Assembly (NCBI GenBank): GCA_035943095.1
Contig: DASZCN010000101.1
Span: forward strand, 19,614 to 83,613
Source of the DNA: Gemmatimonadales bacterium
Lineage (GTDB): Bacteria; Gemmatimonadota; Gemmatimonadetes; Gemmatimonadales; GWC2-71-9
DNA length: 64,000 nucleotides
Reading direction: 5' to 3'
Shown: one piece after another, positions 26,339-35,215 of the stretch
How the letters are laid out: every line of letters starts with the position of its first letter
How positions within the stretch are numbered: the first letter of the stretch is position 1
Made by a program: the position numbers and the translations under genes
Notes under the pieces: generated by a model
What the model was told of the DNA's origin: nothing
Database searches by the model: none
Seen by the model: the letters and a program-made list of their open reading frames with translations, nothing else

Positions 26339-27532
26339 ATGCTTCTCATCCGCGCCCGCTCCGTGCATCCCGTGACGGCGCCGCCCATCGCAGACGGCGC
26401 CGTTCTCGTTGACCACCGCGGGAAGATCGTGGCAGTGGGACCCGCTGCGACCGTGCCGGCACCGGAGGGAGCGCGCCGGCTCGAGTTCCCGGAGGGCGCC
26501 CTGGTCCCGGGACTCGTCAACTGTCACACGCATCTCGAGCTCACCCACCTAGCCGGAAAGAATCGGGAGACCGCCTTCGCGCCGTGGATTCGCGCGATCC
26601 GCGCTCTCAAGGACGCCACGACCACGGAAGAAATCTCCCGCTCCGCCGAGCAGGGTGTGCGCGACGCGTGGGCCGCGGGTGTCACCTGCGTCGCAGATAC
26701 CGGGAGCACCGGCGCGCCCCTCGAGGCGCTCACCCGTCTCGGCGGACGGGGGATCTACTATCAGGAGGTGTTCGGGCCCGATCCGGCGAAATGCGGTGCA
26801 AGCCTCGCCGAGTTGGAGCAGGCCGTCGCTCGCCTCACACCACTCGCCTCGCGCCACGTTCGCCTCGGTGTCTCCCCCCACGCGCCGTACACGGTGAGCG
26901 AGCCCCTGTATCGCGCCGTGACAGACTTCGCGCGGCGTGAGGGACTGCCGGTGGCGGTTCATCTCGCCGAATCCCGCGAAGAGAGCGAGCTCGTCCGAGA
27001 CGGCACGGGGCCCTTTGCCGACGCGCTGCGCGCGCGTGGCATCGCCGTGCACGCACACCACTGCTCCCCGGTCCAGTACCTCTTGCGACTTGGCGTCTTG
27101 CAACGTGCGACGGAGTGGCTGTTCATTCACTGCGTTCAGGTAGATGAACGGGACATCGCGATTCTTCGGGACTCGGGCGGGGCGGTGGCTCACTGCCCGC
27201 GCTCCAACCGGGCGCACGGGCACGGCGCGGCGCCGCTTGGCGCGTTCCGTCGCGCCGGCGTTCGCGTCGGGCTCGGCACGGACTCAGTTGTCAGCGTGGG
27301 AGACGTCGATCTCGGAGCGGAGGCCCGAGCCGCCGGTCTCGATGGCGAGGAAGCGTTGCGAATGCTGACCCTCGACGGCGCGCGCGCTCTCGGCCTCGAA
27401 CGCGAGATCGGATCTCTCGACGTCGGCAAGGAAGCAGATCTCACGGTCTTTCCCCCTACCGTCCTCTACCGCCCTCTGCCGTCCTCTACCGCTCTTCTTA
27501 CAGTCGTCGCCGGGCGCGTGGTTCGCGGCTAG
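26339..27532 (+). CDS. Amidohydrolase family protein (metal-dependent deaminase/chlorohydrolase type)
   Basis: GLVNCHTHLELTHL (HxH metal site), VSPHAPYT, IHCVQV, GLGTDS. Start taken as ATG 26339 inside track ORF 25961..27532. Confidence 0.78.
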   Translation: MLLIRARSVHPVTAPPIADGAVLVDHRGKIVAVGPAATVPAPEGARRLEFPEGALVPGLVNCHTHLELTHLAGKNRETAFAPWIRAIRALKDATTTEEISRSAEQGVRDAWAAGVTCVADTGSTGAPLEALTRLGGRGIYYQEVFGPDPAKCGASLAELEQAVARLTPLASRHVRLGVSPHAPYTVSEPLYRAVTDFARREGLPVAVHLAESREESELVRDGTGPFADALRARGIAVHAHHCSPVQYLLRLGVLQRATEWLFIHCVQVDERDIAILRDSGGAVAHCPRSNRAHGHGAAPLGAFRRAGVRVGLGTDSVVSVGDVDLGAEARAAGLDGEEALRMLTLDGARALGLEREIGSLDVGKEADLTVFPPTVLYRPLPSSTALLTVVAGRVVRG

Positions 27533-27543
27533 ATTCTGGCCCC

Positions 27544-27999
27544 ATGAAAACCCAGCGCCACGCCGCCATCTTGAAAATCGTCCGCGCGGAGACGGTGGCG
27601 AGCCAGGAGCAGCTGCGCGAGCTACTCAGGGGCGAGGGGTTCGACGTCACGCAGGCGACGCTCTCTCGCGACATCCGCGAGCTCGGTCTCGCCAAGGTGG
27701 CGGCGCCGGATGGTGGCTCGCACTACGCGCCGGCGCCCGAGTCGGGCCCCATCCGGCCGCAGCTCGCGCAGCTCTTGCCCACACTGCTCGTGTCGGTCGA
27801 CGGCGTCGGCCCGCTGCTCGTCGTGAAAACGCCGGCCGGCGGCGCCCAGGCGCTCGGCCTCGCCATCGATGCGGCGGGATGGTCCGAGATCATCGGCACC
27901 ATCGCCGGCGATGACGCCGTACTGGTCATCACGCGCAGCGAGCGCGCGCGCCGCGCGGTGCAGACGCGCCTGAAGGAGCTGGGCGGCATTCCGGAGTGA
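27544..27999 (+). CDS. argR: Arginine repressor ArgR
   Basis: MKTQRHAAILKIVRAETVASQEQLRELLRGEGFDVTQATLSRDIRELGL..., and the C-terminal oligomerisation domain ...GTIAGDDAVLVI. Confidence 0.92.
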   Translation: MKTQRHAAILKIVRAETVASQEQLRELLRGEGFDVTQATLSRDIRELGLAKVAAPDGGSHYAPAPESGPIRPQLAQLLPTLLVSVDGVGPLLVVKTPAGGAQALGLAIDAAGWSEIIGTIAGDDAVLVITRSERARRAVQTRLKELGGIPE

Positions 28000-28742
28000 A
28001 CCCCTTTTCCGCTCTGACGGAGGAGACGAGAGTGGCCCACTTGAGCCGAGTTGGCCTCGCGGTCGCGTGCCTGGCGGCCGCGCTTGTGAGCGTCCCGCGG
28101 TTGGTGCTGTCGCAGGAACCGACGCTCACGGCAGCTGAGCGTTCCGCCGGCTGGCGCCTGCTGTTCGACGGCCGGACCACGGCCGGATGGCGAGGCTTTC
28201 GCATGGACTCGATGCCCGCGGGCTGGTCCGTGGTCGATGGTGCGCTGACCCGCGTGGCGCGCGCGGGCGATATCATCACCACTGAGCGGTTCGCCAACTT
28301 CGAGCTGGTGCTGGAGTGGAAGATCTCTCGTGCCGGCAATAGCGGCATTTTCTACCGGGTCAGCGAGGACGATTCCACGGCGTACTGGAGCGGCCCGGAG
28401 ATGCAGGTGCTCGACGACGCCGGGCATCCCGATGGCAAGTCCCGGCTGACGGCGGCCGGGTCGTGTTACGGGATCTATCCCTCGCCGGCGGGTGTCGTCA
28501 AACCAGCTGGCGAGTGGAACCGGGTCCGACTCGTGGTTCGCGGGAATCATGTCGAGCACTGGCTCAGCGGCGTCAAGGTGGTCGAGTACGAGCTCGGAAG
28601 CCCGGACTGGGAGGCGCGGGTCAAGCGGAGCAAGTTCGCGCCCCACGTGCACTACGGCCGCAACGCGAGCGGGTACATCGGCCTACAGGACCACGGCGAC
28701 TGGGTAGCGTACCGCGACATCAAGATCCGCGTGTTGCCGTGA
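27996..28742 (+). CDS. DUF1080 (3-keto-disaccharide hydrolase-like) domain protein, secreted
   Basis: [17 protein letters not shown]...WSVVDGAL...[20 protein letters not shown]...[17 protein letters not shown]. The GTG start overlaps the argR stop (GTGA). Confidence 0.8.
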   Translation: MNPFSALTEETRVAHLSRVGLAVACLAAALVSVPRLVLSQEPTLTAAERSAGWRLLFDGRTTAGWRGFRMDSMPAGWSVVDGALTRVARAGDIITTERFANFELVLEWKISRAGNSGIFYRVSEDDSTAYWSGPEMQVLDDAGHPDGKSRLTAAGSCYGIYPSPAGVVKPAGEWNRVRLVVRGNHVEHWLSGVKVVEYELGSPDWEARVKRSKFAPHVHYGRNASGYIGLQDHGDWVAYRDIKIRVLP

Positions 28743-29950
28743 CCGTCCGGGTCCGGCTGTCGGTGATGATGTTTCTCCAGTACTTCGTCTGGGGAGCGTG
28801 GTTCGTGACGATGGGTACGTACCTCACTCAGACGCTGCATTTCACCGGACAGCAAGTGGGATGGGCCTACGGGGCGACCGCGATCGCCGCCCTCATCTCG
28901 CCGTTCTTCCTCGGGATGGTGGCAGACCGTTTCCTGGACACGGAAAAGCTGCTCGCCGCATTACACGTCGCGGGTGCGGGCGTGATGTGGGTGGTCTCGA
29001 CGCGTACGGCGTTCGGGGAGTTCTATCCGTGGCTGATCCTGTACGCATTGTGCTATATGCCGACCCTGTCGCTCACGAACTCCATCTCATTTCACAACGT
29101 TCCGGATCCCGCCCGCGATTTCCCGCTCATCCGGGTGCTCGGGACGATCGGGTGGATCGTCGCGGGTATCATCGTCGGGAAGGTGCTGCACGCGGATGCC
29201 CTCGCCCTGCCGATGCGGCTTGCGGCCGGGGCGTCGGCCGTGCTCGGACTGTTCTCGCTCGCTCTGCCCCACACGCCGCCCAAGGCGGCCGGGACGCCGT
29301 TCAGCATGCGCGACGCCCTGGGTCTCGATGCGCTCGGACTCCTCAGGGACCGCGCATTCCTGGTGTTCGTGATCGGCTCGTTCCTGTTGTGCATCCCACT
29401 CCAGTTCTATTACGCGTGGGCGAACCCGTTCCTGAACGAGATCCACGCTCCCGATCCCGCCTTCATCCAGACGTTCGGGCAGATGTCCGAGATCGTCTTT
29501 ATGGTGATGTTGGGGTTCTTCTTGAAGCGGTTCGGCATCAAGACCATCATGCTGGGCGGAATGCTGGCGTGGGGCGTCCGCTACCTCGCGTTCGGTTACG
29601 GCAACGCGGGCGCCGGCATGTGGCTGATCTACCTCGGTATCCTTCTCCACGGTCTGTGTTACGACTTCTTCTTCGTGGCCGGCCAGATCTACACCGATGA
29701 GCAGGCAGGCCCGAAGATCCGAGCCGCCGCCCAGGGGTTCCTGAACCTCGTGACCAACGGGCTCGGCTATCTCATCGGGGCGACGGTTGTCGCGGGTCGC
29801 GTCGTCGACATGTACCGTGCGCCCGATGGCACACACGACTGGCGCGCGATCTGGACGGTGCCGGCGGTCGGCGCATTCACCATCCTCGTGGTCTTTGCCT
29901 TTCTGTTCCGTCCTCGGCCCGCGCCGGTCGCTGCGGCACCCGTTCGGTAG
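28739..29950 (+). CDS. MFS nucleoside permease (NupG/XapB family)
   Basis: [22 protein letters not shown]... resembles the NupG N-terminus, and there are about 12 TM segments. The GTG start overlaps the previous stop (GTGA at 28739-28742). Confidence 0.8.
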   Translation: MTVRVRLSVMMFLQYFVWGAWFVTMGTYLTQTLHFTGQQVGWAYGATAIAALISPFFLGMVADRFLDTEKLLAALHVAGAGVMWVVSTRTAFGEFYPWLILYALCYMPTLSLTNSISFHNVPDPARDFPLIRVLGTIGWIVAGIIVGKVLHADALALPMRLAAGASAVLGLFSLALPHTPPKAAGTPFSMRDALGLDALGLLRDRAFLVFVIGSFLLCIPLQFYYAWANPFLNEIHAPDPAFIQTFGQMSEIVFMVMLGFFLKRFGIKTIMLGGMLAWGVRYLAFGYGNAGAGMWLIYLGILLHGLCYDFFFVAGQIYTDEQAGPKIRAAAQGFLNLVTNGLGYLIGATVVAGRVVDMYRAPDGTHDWRAIWTVPAVGAFTILVVFAFLFRPRPAPVAAAPVR

Positions 29951-29959
29951 GAGTCATCC

Positions 29960-31297
29960 ATGGCTCGAAAACGCATCACGAGACGCAGGTTCGTCGGCGA
30001 CCTCGGCGCCGCCGGGCTTTTCACGATCGTGCCGCGCCACGTGCTCGGCCGAGGCCGTCGCGCGCCGAGCGATACGCTGAACGTCGCGTGCATCGGGGTG
30101 GGCGGCATGGGCAAGAACGATGTAAAGGGTATGGAGGGTGAGAACATCTATGCCCTGTGCGACGTTGATCTCAAGGCTGCCGAGGATTCATTCCAGGCTT
30201 ATCCGAAGGCGAAGCGCTACCGGGACTACCGCGAGATGTTCGACAAGGAGCGAAACAGCATCGACGCAGTGACGATCTCGACGCCGGACCACTCGCACAC
30301 GGCCGCCGGGCTGCTCGCGCTGAAGGTGGGCAAGCACACCTATATCCAGAAGCCGCTCGCCCGGACCATGGGCGAGGTACGGGCATTGGCGGACTACGCC
30401 CGCGCGCATCCTAAGCTCATGACCCAGATGGGCAACCAGGGACATGCGCGGGAGGGCGCCCGGCAGATCCGCGAATGGGTGGAGGCGGGCGCCATCGGCA
30501 CGGTGCGTGAGGTGCACTTCTGGACCAACCGGCCGATCTGGCCGCAGGCGATCGAGCGGCCGCTCGATGAGTACTACGTCCCGGCCACCCTCGACTGGAA
30601 CTTGTGGCTCGGCCCGGCTCCCGAGCGACCGTATCATCCCGCGTACGTGCCGTTCAAATGGCGGGGGTTTTGGGATTTCGGGACGGGAGCGCTGGGCGAT
30701 ATGGCGTGTCACATCATGGACGCGGCGTACTGGTCACTCGACCTCGGCTTCCCCTCGCGCATCGAGCCCGAATCGACTCCGCTCTTCAAGGAAACCGCAC
30801 CCGCCGGCTCGCGTATCACGTACACGTTCCCCGCAAAGGGAAACCGTCCCGAGGTGAGAGTCGTGTGGCGGGACGGCAGCCTGTATCCGGCGCGGCCGCC
30901 CGAAGTGACCGACGACGCGGCGTGGCCGGCCGATCGTGGGGGCGGGCAGCTCTGGATCGGGTCCGACGGCAAGCTCGTCGCCGGTACGTACGGCGACGAT
31001 CCCAGGGTGCTCGACGCCGCCAAGCAGGCCGAGCTCACGGCGCATCCTCCGGCCCAGAAATACCCGCGCTCCCCGGGCGTGTACGCCGAATGGATCGCCG
31101 CCTGCAAGGGCGGCGCGCCCGCGGGCTCGACGTTCGACGGGCATGCCGGTGGGCTCACGTCTATGGTGCTGCTCGGCTGTCTCGCGGTGCGACTGGGGCG
31201 CGTGCTCGAGACCAATCCGGCGACCGGCCAGGTGACCAACACTCGCGTTCCCGACGAGCTCGTCCGGCCAACGTATCGGTCCGGGTGGGTCCTGTAA
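29960..31297 (+). CDS. Gfo/Idh/MocA family oxidoreductase with twin-arginine signal
   Basis: MARKRITRRRFVGDLGAAGLF (TAT motif), then the Rossmann motif VACIGVGGMGKNDV. Confidence 0.85.
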   Translation: MARKRITRRRFVGDLGAAGLFTIVPRHVLGRGRRAPSDTLNVACIGVGGMGKNDVKGMEGENIYALCDVDLKAAEDSFQAYPKAKRYRDYREMFDKERNSIDAVTISTPDHSHTAAGLLALKVGKHTYIQKPLARTMGEVRALADYARAHPKLMTQMGNQGHAREGARQIREWVEAGAIGTVREVHFWTNRPIWPQAIERPLDEYYVPATLDWNLWLGPAPERPYHPAYVPFKWRGFWDFGTGALGDMACHIMDAAYWSLDLGFPSRIEPESTPLFKETAPAGSRITYTFPAKGNRPEVRVVWRDGSLYPARPPEVTDDAAWPADRGGGQLWIGSDGKLVAGTYGDDPRVLDAAKQAELTAHPPAQKYPRSPGVYAEWIAACKGGAPAGSTFDGHAGGLTSMVLLGCLAVRLGRVLETNPATGQVTNTRVPDELVRPTYRSGWVL

Positions 31298-31299
31298 CA

Positions 31300-32001
31300 A
31301 TGCTCGGCGGCTTGTCAGGCAGCCTCAGCGCTCACCCGTTGCTGGCCATAGTGACGTTGTTCGGGGCAGGCATCGTGACGAGCCTGACGCCGTGCATCTA
31401 CCCAATGATTCCGATCACGGCGGGCATTCTCTCGGGCGTGAGCGCGGGCCAATGGTCGCGCGCCCGGACGGCGCGACTCACGCTCGCGTACGTCACCGGC
31501 CTCGCGCTGTTCTACGCCATCCTCGGACTCATCGCCGGGCTCTCGGGATCTCTTTTCGGCACCGTGAGCGCGAGTCCCTGGGCCCGCCTCGCGATCGGGA
31601 ACCTCTTGCTCGTGTTCGGCCTTGCTATGCTCGATGTGATCCCGGTCTCCGCACCGCAGGGTCTCATGCGATGGGCGGGGAGTCTGGGCGGCGGGTCGTA
31701 TCCCGCCGTGTTCCTGCTTGGAGCGACGTCCGGCATCGTTGCCGCGCCGTGTGGTGCGCCGGCCTTCGCAGCGGTGCTCACCTGGGTGGCATCCACGCGG
31801 AGCGGACTGCTCGGATTCGTGTACTTATTCGTATTCTCACTGGGGATGACGGCGCTGCTGGTAGTGGTCGGCCTGTTCTCGGGCACCGTGGCAACGCTCC
31901 CTAAGGCAGGGATCTGGATGGTATGGATCAAGAAGGCCGCCGGCGTCATCATGCTGGCGATGGCGGAGTACTATTTCATCAAAGTGGGGCAAGTCTTGTG
32001 A
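31300..32001 (+). CDS. ccdA: Cytochrome c biogenesis/thiol-disulfide electron transporter CcdA (DsbD-core family)
   Basis: SLTPCIYPMIPI and AAPCGAPAF are the two conserved Cys-containing TM motifs. Six TM segments. Start taken as ATG 31300. Confidence 0.85.
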   Translation: MLGGLSGSLSAHPLLAIVTLFGAGIVTSLTPCIYPMIPITAGILSGVSAGQWSRARTARLTLAYVTGLALFYAILGLIAGLSGSLFGTVSASPWARLAIGNLLLVFGLAMLDVIPVSAPQGLMRWAGSLGGGSYPAVFLLGATSGIVAAPCGAPAFAAVLTWVASTRSGLLGFVYLFVFSLGMTALLVVVGLFSGTVATLPKAGIWMVWIKKAAGVIMLAMAEYYFIKVGQVL

Positions 32002-32492
32002 CGAAATACGGATTGGCAGTCGTCGCCGCGCTGGTCGCGCCGGTAACGCTCAGGGCCCAGGACATCGGCCTACCGCTGGGGACCAAGCCCCCGGCGGTCA
32101 CGGTGCAGGATCTCGACGGCAATGCCGTCGATCTCGGTCGCTACGTCGGCAAGCAGCCGGTGTTGCTCGAGTTTTGGGCTACGTGGTGCCCGTTGTGCAA
32201 GGCGCTCGAGCCCGCGCTCAAGGCGGCGCACGCGCGTTATGGCGCGACCGTCCAGTTCGTGGCCGTCGGCGTAGGGGTGAACGAGTCGCCGGCCTCGATC
32301 AAGCGCCACCTCGCGGACCACCCGCTCCCGTTTCCGGTCCTGTTCGACGCGAGTGGCGCGGCGGTCCGAGCCTATCAAGCTCCTACGACATCGTACATCG
32401 TCGTCCTGGACGGCACCGGGAAGGTGACCTACACCGGTGCCGGTACGGACCAGGACATTGTGGCGGTGCTACGCCACGTGGTCGGAAGCTAG
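31998..32492 (+). CDS. Periplasmic TlpA/ResA-like thioredoxin-fold thiol:disulfide oxidoreductase
   Basis: Signal peptide VTKYGLAVVAALVAPVTLRAQ, then LLEFWATWCPLCK (WCxxC). The GTG start overlaps the ccdA stop (GTGA at 31998-32001). Confidence 0.82.
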   Translation: MTKYGLAVVAALVAPVTLRAQDIGLPLGTKPPAVTVQDLDGNAVDLGRYVGKQPVLLEFWATWCPLCKALEPALKAAHARYGATVQFVAVGVGVNESPASIKRHLADHPLPFPVLFDASGAAVRAYQAPTTSYIVVLDGTGKVTYTGAGTDQDIVAVLRHVVGS

Positions 32493-32497
32493 CCGCC

Positions 32498-33079
32498 TTA
32501 CTCTCCCTCCGCGGTCCGCGGCGTGATCTTATCGATCGCGGCCGAGAGATCCTTGTAGGACTGCGGGTCGATCTCCCGGAACGGCGCCATCTTGTAAGCG
32601 ATTTTCCCGTCCGGTCCCACCACGAACAGGTTGCGCACATCCATGCTGTATTTCGGATTGTGGGCGCCGTACGTCTTGCCGACTGCGCCGCCCGAATCGC
32701 TCGCAAACAGGAACGGAAACTCGTCGTCATGAGACCATGCCGCGAGCGTATCCACCGGGTCCACACTGACGCCGATGAGTACCACGTTCCGCCCGTCGTG
32801 AAACAGCTGTGCGTACTGATCACGGTACGCATGCATTTGGATCGTTCAGCCCTTGGTTCGCGCCTTGTAGAAGAAGGCGAGGACGACCGTCTTCCCCTTG
32901 AAATCGCTCAGGTGGATGGGGGCCTTGAGCACGCCGAACCGCGTGGCCCCGGGGAGCGTGAAGTCGGGCGCCACCGAGCCGACGGCCAGCTCGGGAGCCG
33001 CGGGCTGCTGCGCGCCGATCCGCGACGCGGCCAGGGCGAGCGCGAGCGGGATGGCGAGCGGTGCTGCTTGGCGAATCAT
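32498..33079 (-). CDS. Secreted AhpC/TSA-BCP-type peroxiredoxin with in-frame TGA (32848-32846) at the peroxidatic position; predicted selenoprotein
   Basis: Track ORFs 32846..33079 and 32498..32836 share one frame. Joined reading: ...LSDFKGKTVVLAFFYKARTKG-TGA-TIQMHAYRDQYAQLF...VLIGVSVD...FPFLFASD...RNLFVVGPDGKI. The TGA sits at the C of the T-x-x-C motif. There is a signal peptide at the N-terminus and no Cys elsewhere. Confidence 0.65.
32810..32831 (-). promoter_or_regulatory. Candidate bacterial SECIS hairpin 3' of the in-frame UGA
   Basis: mRNA sense: UGA-ACGAUCCAAAUGCA-[UGCGUAC-CGUGAUCA-GUACGCA]. It has a perfect 7-bp stem and an 8-nt loop containing G. The stem starts 15 nt after the UGA. 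Confidence 0.45.
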
Positions 33080-33135
33080 GTCGAGTGTCCTCGGCAGAAC
33101 GGGTCACCCAAGGTACGCATGACGGTGAAACAGCG

Positions 33136-34383
33136 TTAGGGTCGGGGCCTCCACGTTCCTTTTGCGACGGCGGGCACGAATCCGCCGAGGCCCTCCGGGG
33201 GAAAATCGAGCGTGCGACCTTGCTCCGCGCTCATGTACGCCGCCATCAGCAGCTTCACGACCTCGAGGCCATCGCCGAACGTGAGCTGCGGCGGTTCGCG
33301 TCCCTGAAACGCGCGCACGAAGTGCCGGTCCTCCGCCTCGTAGCCGTATACGGCGGGCTCACCCGCGACCACGGGCATCAGCCCGATCTCGGCGTTTTGC
33401 TTCTCGACCAAGTCCTCACCCGCCTGACCCTTGACCTGCCGGCTGAAGAACAGCTTGAGCGGGCTCTCGAGGGAGTTCCACGCCATCGAGTATTCTGGGC
33501 CGAGTAGCTCGGCCGACAGGCGGAGGCCGGCCCCGACGAAGCTCCAGGATGTGGTCGCCTCGCCGATCACCGTGGCGCCGTCATCGGTCTCGAACTCGAC
33601 GGTGAGGCTCGCGAAGTCCTCGGCAGGATGCTTGGCGTAGTCGACCTCCCGGCCCATCGCCTGCCGCAGGCGCTCGGTGTATTCCGGTCGCGTCCACTTG
33701 AGGCTCGCGATGTGCCCGGTCACCCGCATGGGTCGGACGGAAGAGAGGGGCGCGCCGGGTTGAGTCAGCAGGTGACGCACGACGAGGCCCGAGTGGCACA
33801 TCATGTCGTTGAGCACGCCGCCACCCTGCAGCTCGCCCCGCCAGAACCACGGCATGTGGGGCCCACTGTGCTCTTCGGCGGCGCGGGCGAGGTAGGGACG
33901 GCCGGTGAGCGCGGCGCCGCGGGCCCAGATGATCGCGCGTCCCTGGGTCACGGCGGGCGCGAACACCTGGTTCTCGAGGTAGCCGTGTGTGACGCCCGCC
34001 TGTTTCGCCAGCTCGATCACCCGCGTCGCCTCGGCGACATTGCGTGCGAGCGGCTTCTCGCAGGCGATCCCGGTGAGCTCGGCTTTGCCGCGCGTGACCG
34101 TGTCCGCGATCTCCTCCATGTTGGCGACCCGCGTATCGTTCCGGCCACACAGCCATAGCGCATCGATCGCTGGGTCCGCGATCATCTCGGCGATGGAGCG
34201 GAACGGCCTCGCTTCGCCCAGGTCGAGCCGGCGGGCGAGGGCGGCCGTTTCGACGGCGCGCTTCGTGGTCGGGCTCCACACGCCGAGCACATCGGCGTCG
34301 CGCACGGTCTGGAATGCCTGCAAATGAAACCGCGCGTTGAATCCGCTCCCGACGAAACCCACGCCAAGGCGCTTATTCGTCAT
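33136..34383 (-). CDS. Gfo/Idh/MocA family oxidoreductase
   Basis: MTNKRLGVGFVGSGFNARFHLQAF... (Rossmann fold) and a C-terminal alpha/beta domain typical of the family. Confidence 0.85.
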   Translation of the reverse strand: MTNKRLGVGFVGSGFNARFHLQAFQTVRDADVLGVWSPTTKRAVETAALARRLDLGEARPFRSIAEMIADPAIDALWLCGRNDTRVANMEEIADTVTRGKAELTGIACEKPLARNVAEATRVIELAKQAGVTHGYLENQVFAPAVTQGRAIIWARGAALTGRPYLARAAEEHSGPHMPWFWRGELQGGGVLNDMMCHSGLVVRHLLTQPGAPLSSVRPMRVTGHIASLKWTRPEYTERLRQAMGREVDYAKHPAEDFASLTVEFETDDGATVIGEATTSWSFVGAGLRLSAELLGPEYSMAWNSLESPLKLFFSRQVKGQAGEDLVEKQNAEIGLMPVVAGEPAVYGYEAEDRHFVRAFQGREPPQLTFGDGLEVVKLLMAAYMSAEQGRTLDFPPEGLGGFVPAVAKGTWRPRP

Positions 34384-34389
34384 GCCTCG

Positions 34390-34989
34390 TCAATCCTCGT
34401 ACCGCACACCCAGCTTGGCGAGCGCGTCCGGCGGGCAGCCCTTCCACTCGGGAACGAACGTGTTGCCGATGTAACGCAGGTCGTGCACGCCGAGGCGACT
34501 GGAGAAGAACCCCGAGGCGGTGAGATCACGGAACCTGTTGAAGAACGCCACGCCGGAGGCGTGCTGCGGCTTGGCCTTGCGCGGCCATGCGATGTCATCC
34601 AGCACCGCGGCGCGCTCCGCCTCGCCGCAGGTGACGAAGGTCTTGCCGTACCGATCGTCGCATTCATGGTCGAGCCAGGCCAGGCCGCCGCGCACGGGGA
34701 CCTCGAGGTCGGGATCGTCGCCCAGCATGAAATCCATGAATTCGGGCACGCCCGCCTCCGTGGCGCTCCCGGAGCGCTCGTCTTTGGGAATGATCAGGTC
34801 CACCAGAACACGCACCGTCTCCCATTCGTGCGGCGTGAACTGCTTCGGCTCATATGGCGCGCCGCGAGCGAGCGCCTCGCGCGCTCGCGCCGAAGCTTCG
34901 CGCGCCGATTCGGGCGACCACCGAAGCGCTAGGGCGAGCGGGGCGGCTGCGAGCAGTCCGATGACTTCGCGCCGCTTCATGTCTCTCAT
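34390..34989 (-). CDS. Gluconate 2-dehydrogenase subunit 3 family protein (TAT signal)
   Basis: MKRREVIGLLAAAPLALAL..., FTPHEWETVRVLVDLIIPKDERSGSATEAGVPEFMDFML. This is the family signature, and the gene sits next to a GMC flavoprotein. Confidence 0.75.
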   Translation of the reverse strand: MRDMKRREVIGLLAAAPLALALRWSPESAREASARAREALARGAPYEPKQFTPHEWETVRVLVDLIIPKDERSGSATEAGVPEFMDFMLGDDPDLEVPVRGGLAWLDHECDDRYGKTFVTCGEAERAAVLDDIAWPRKAKPQHASGVAFFNRFRDLTASGFFSSRLGVHDLRYIGNTFVPEWKGCPPDALAKLGVRYED

Positions 34990-35005
34990 GACATCCCGTC
35001 CTCGG

Positions 35006-35100
35006 TGCGGGAACCGGTAGCCCCTCCGGCTCGGGGTCCCTGACTTCCCCCCGCCGCCGCACCCCGGACCTTCGCCTTCGGGGCTACCGGTTCCCGCACA
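35006..35100. repeat. Perfect 20-bp inverted repeat (large intergenic hairpin 1)
   Basis: gtgcgggaaccggtagcccc (35006-35025) pairs with ggggctaccggttcccgcac (35081-35100). The spacer is 55 nt and C-rich. Confidence 0.85.
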
Positions 35101-35118
35101 TGACGAGGCCGGAGCGGC

Positions 35119-35208
35119 GCCGAGTGGCGGTCCCGCAGGCGAAGACGCCTGGGGTGGAGGGCGGCGGTGTCAGGCGTCCCGAGCCGGAGGGACTGCCACT
35201 CGGCGCGC
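35119..35208. repeat. 18-bp inverted repeat with 1 mismatch (large intergenic hairpin 2)
   Basis: gcgccgagtggcggtccc (about 35119-35136) pairs with gggactgccactcggcgc (about 35191-35208). It lies directly 3' of the GMC oxidoreductase stop. Confidence 0.75.
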
Positions 35209-35215
35209 CATGTTC

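Noticed and set aside
27459-27492. 14-nt direct repeat ccgtcctctaccgc occurring twice 20 nt apart in the 3' end of the amidohydrolase gene. This could indicate a duplication or frameshift.
   Set aside because: The reading frame stays open and ends with a family-typical ...[11 protein letters not shown]-terminus, so there is no evidence of disruption. It is probably a pyrimidine-rich low-complexity stretch. I noted it only as related in flavour to the oligopyrimidine tracts elsewhere.
32498-33079. Alternative reading of the split peroxiredoxin as a simple nonsense-mutation pseudogene.
   Set aside because: I kept this as the formal alternative but consider it less likely. The stop is TGA. It sits exactly at the catalytic Cys codon. 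Both halves retain coding-type codon usage and all family motifs in one frame. A stable hairpin follows at SECIS distance. It cannot be excluded without the sel genes or homologue alignments.
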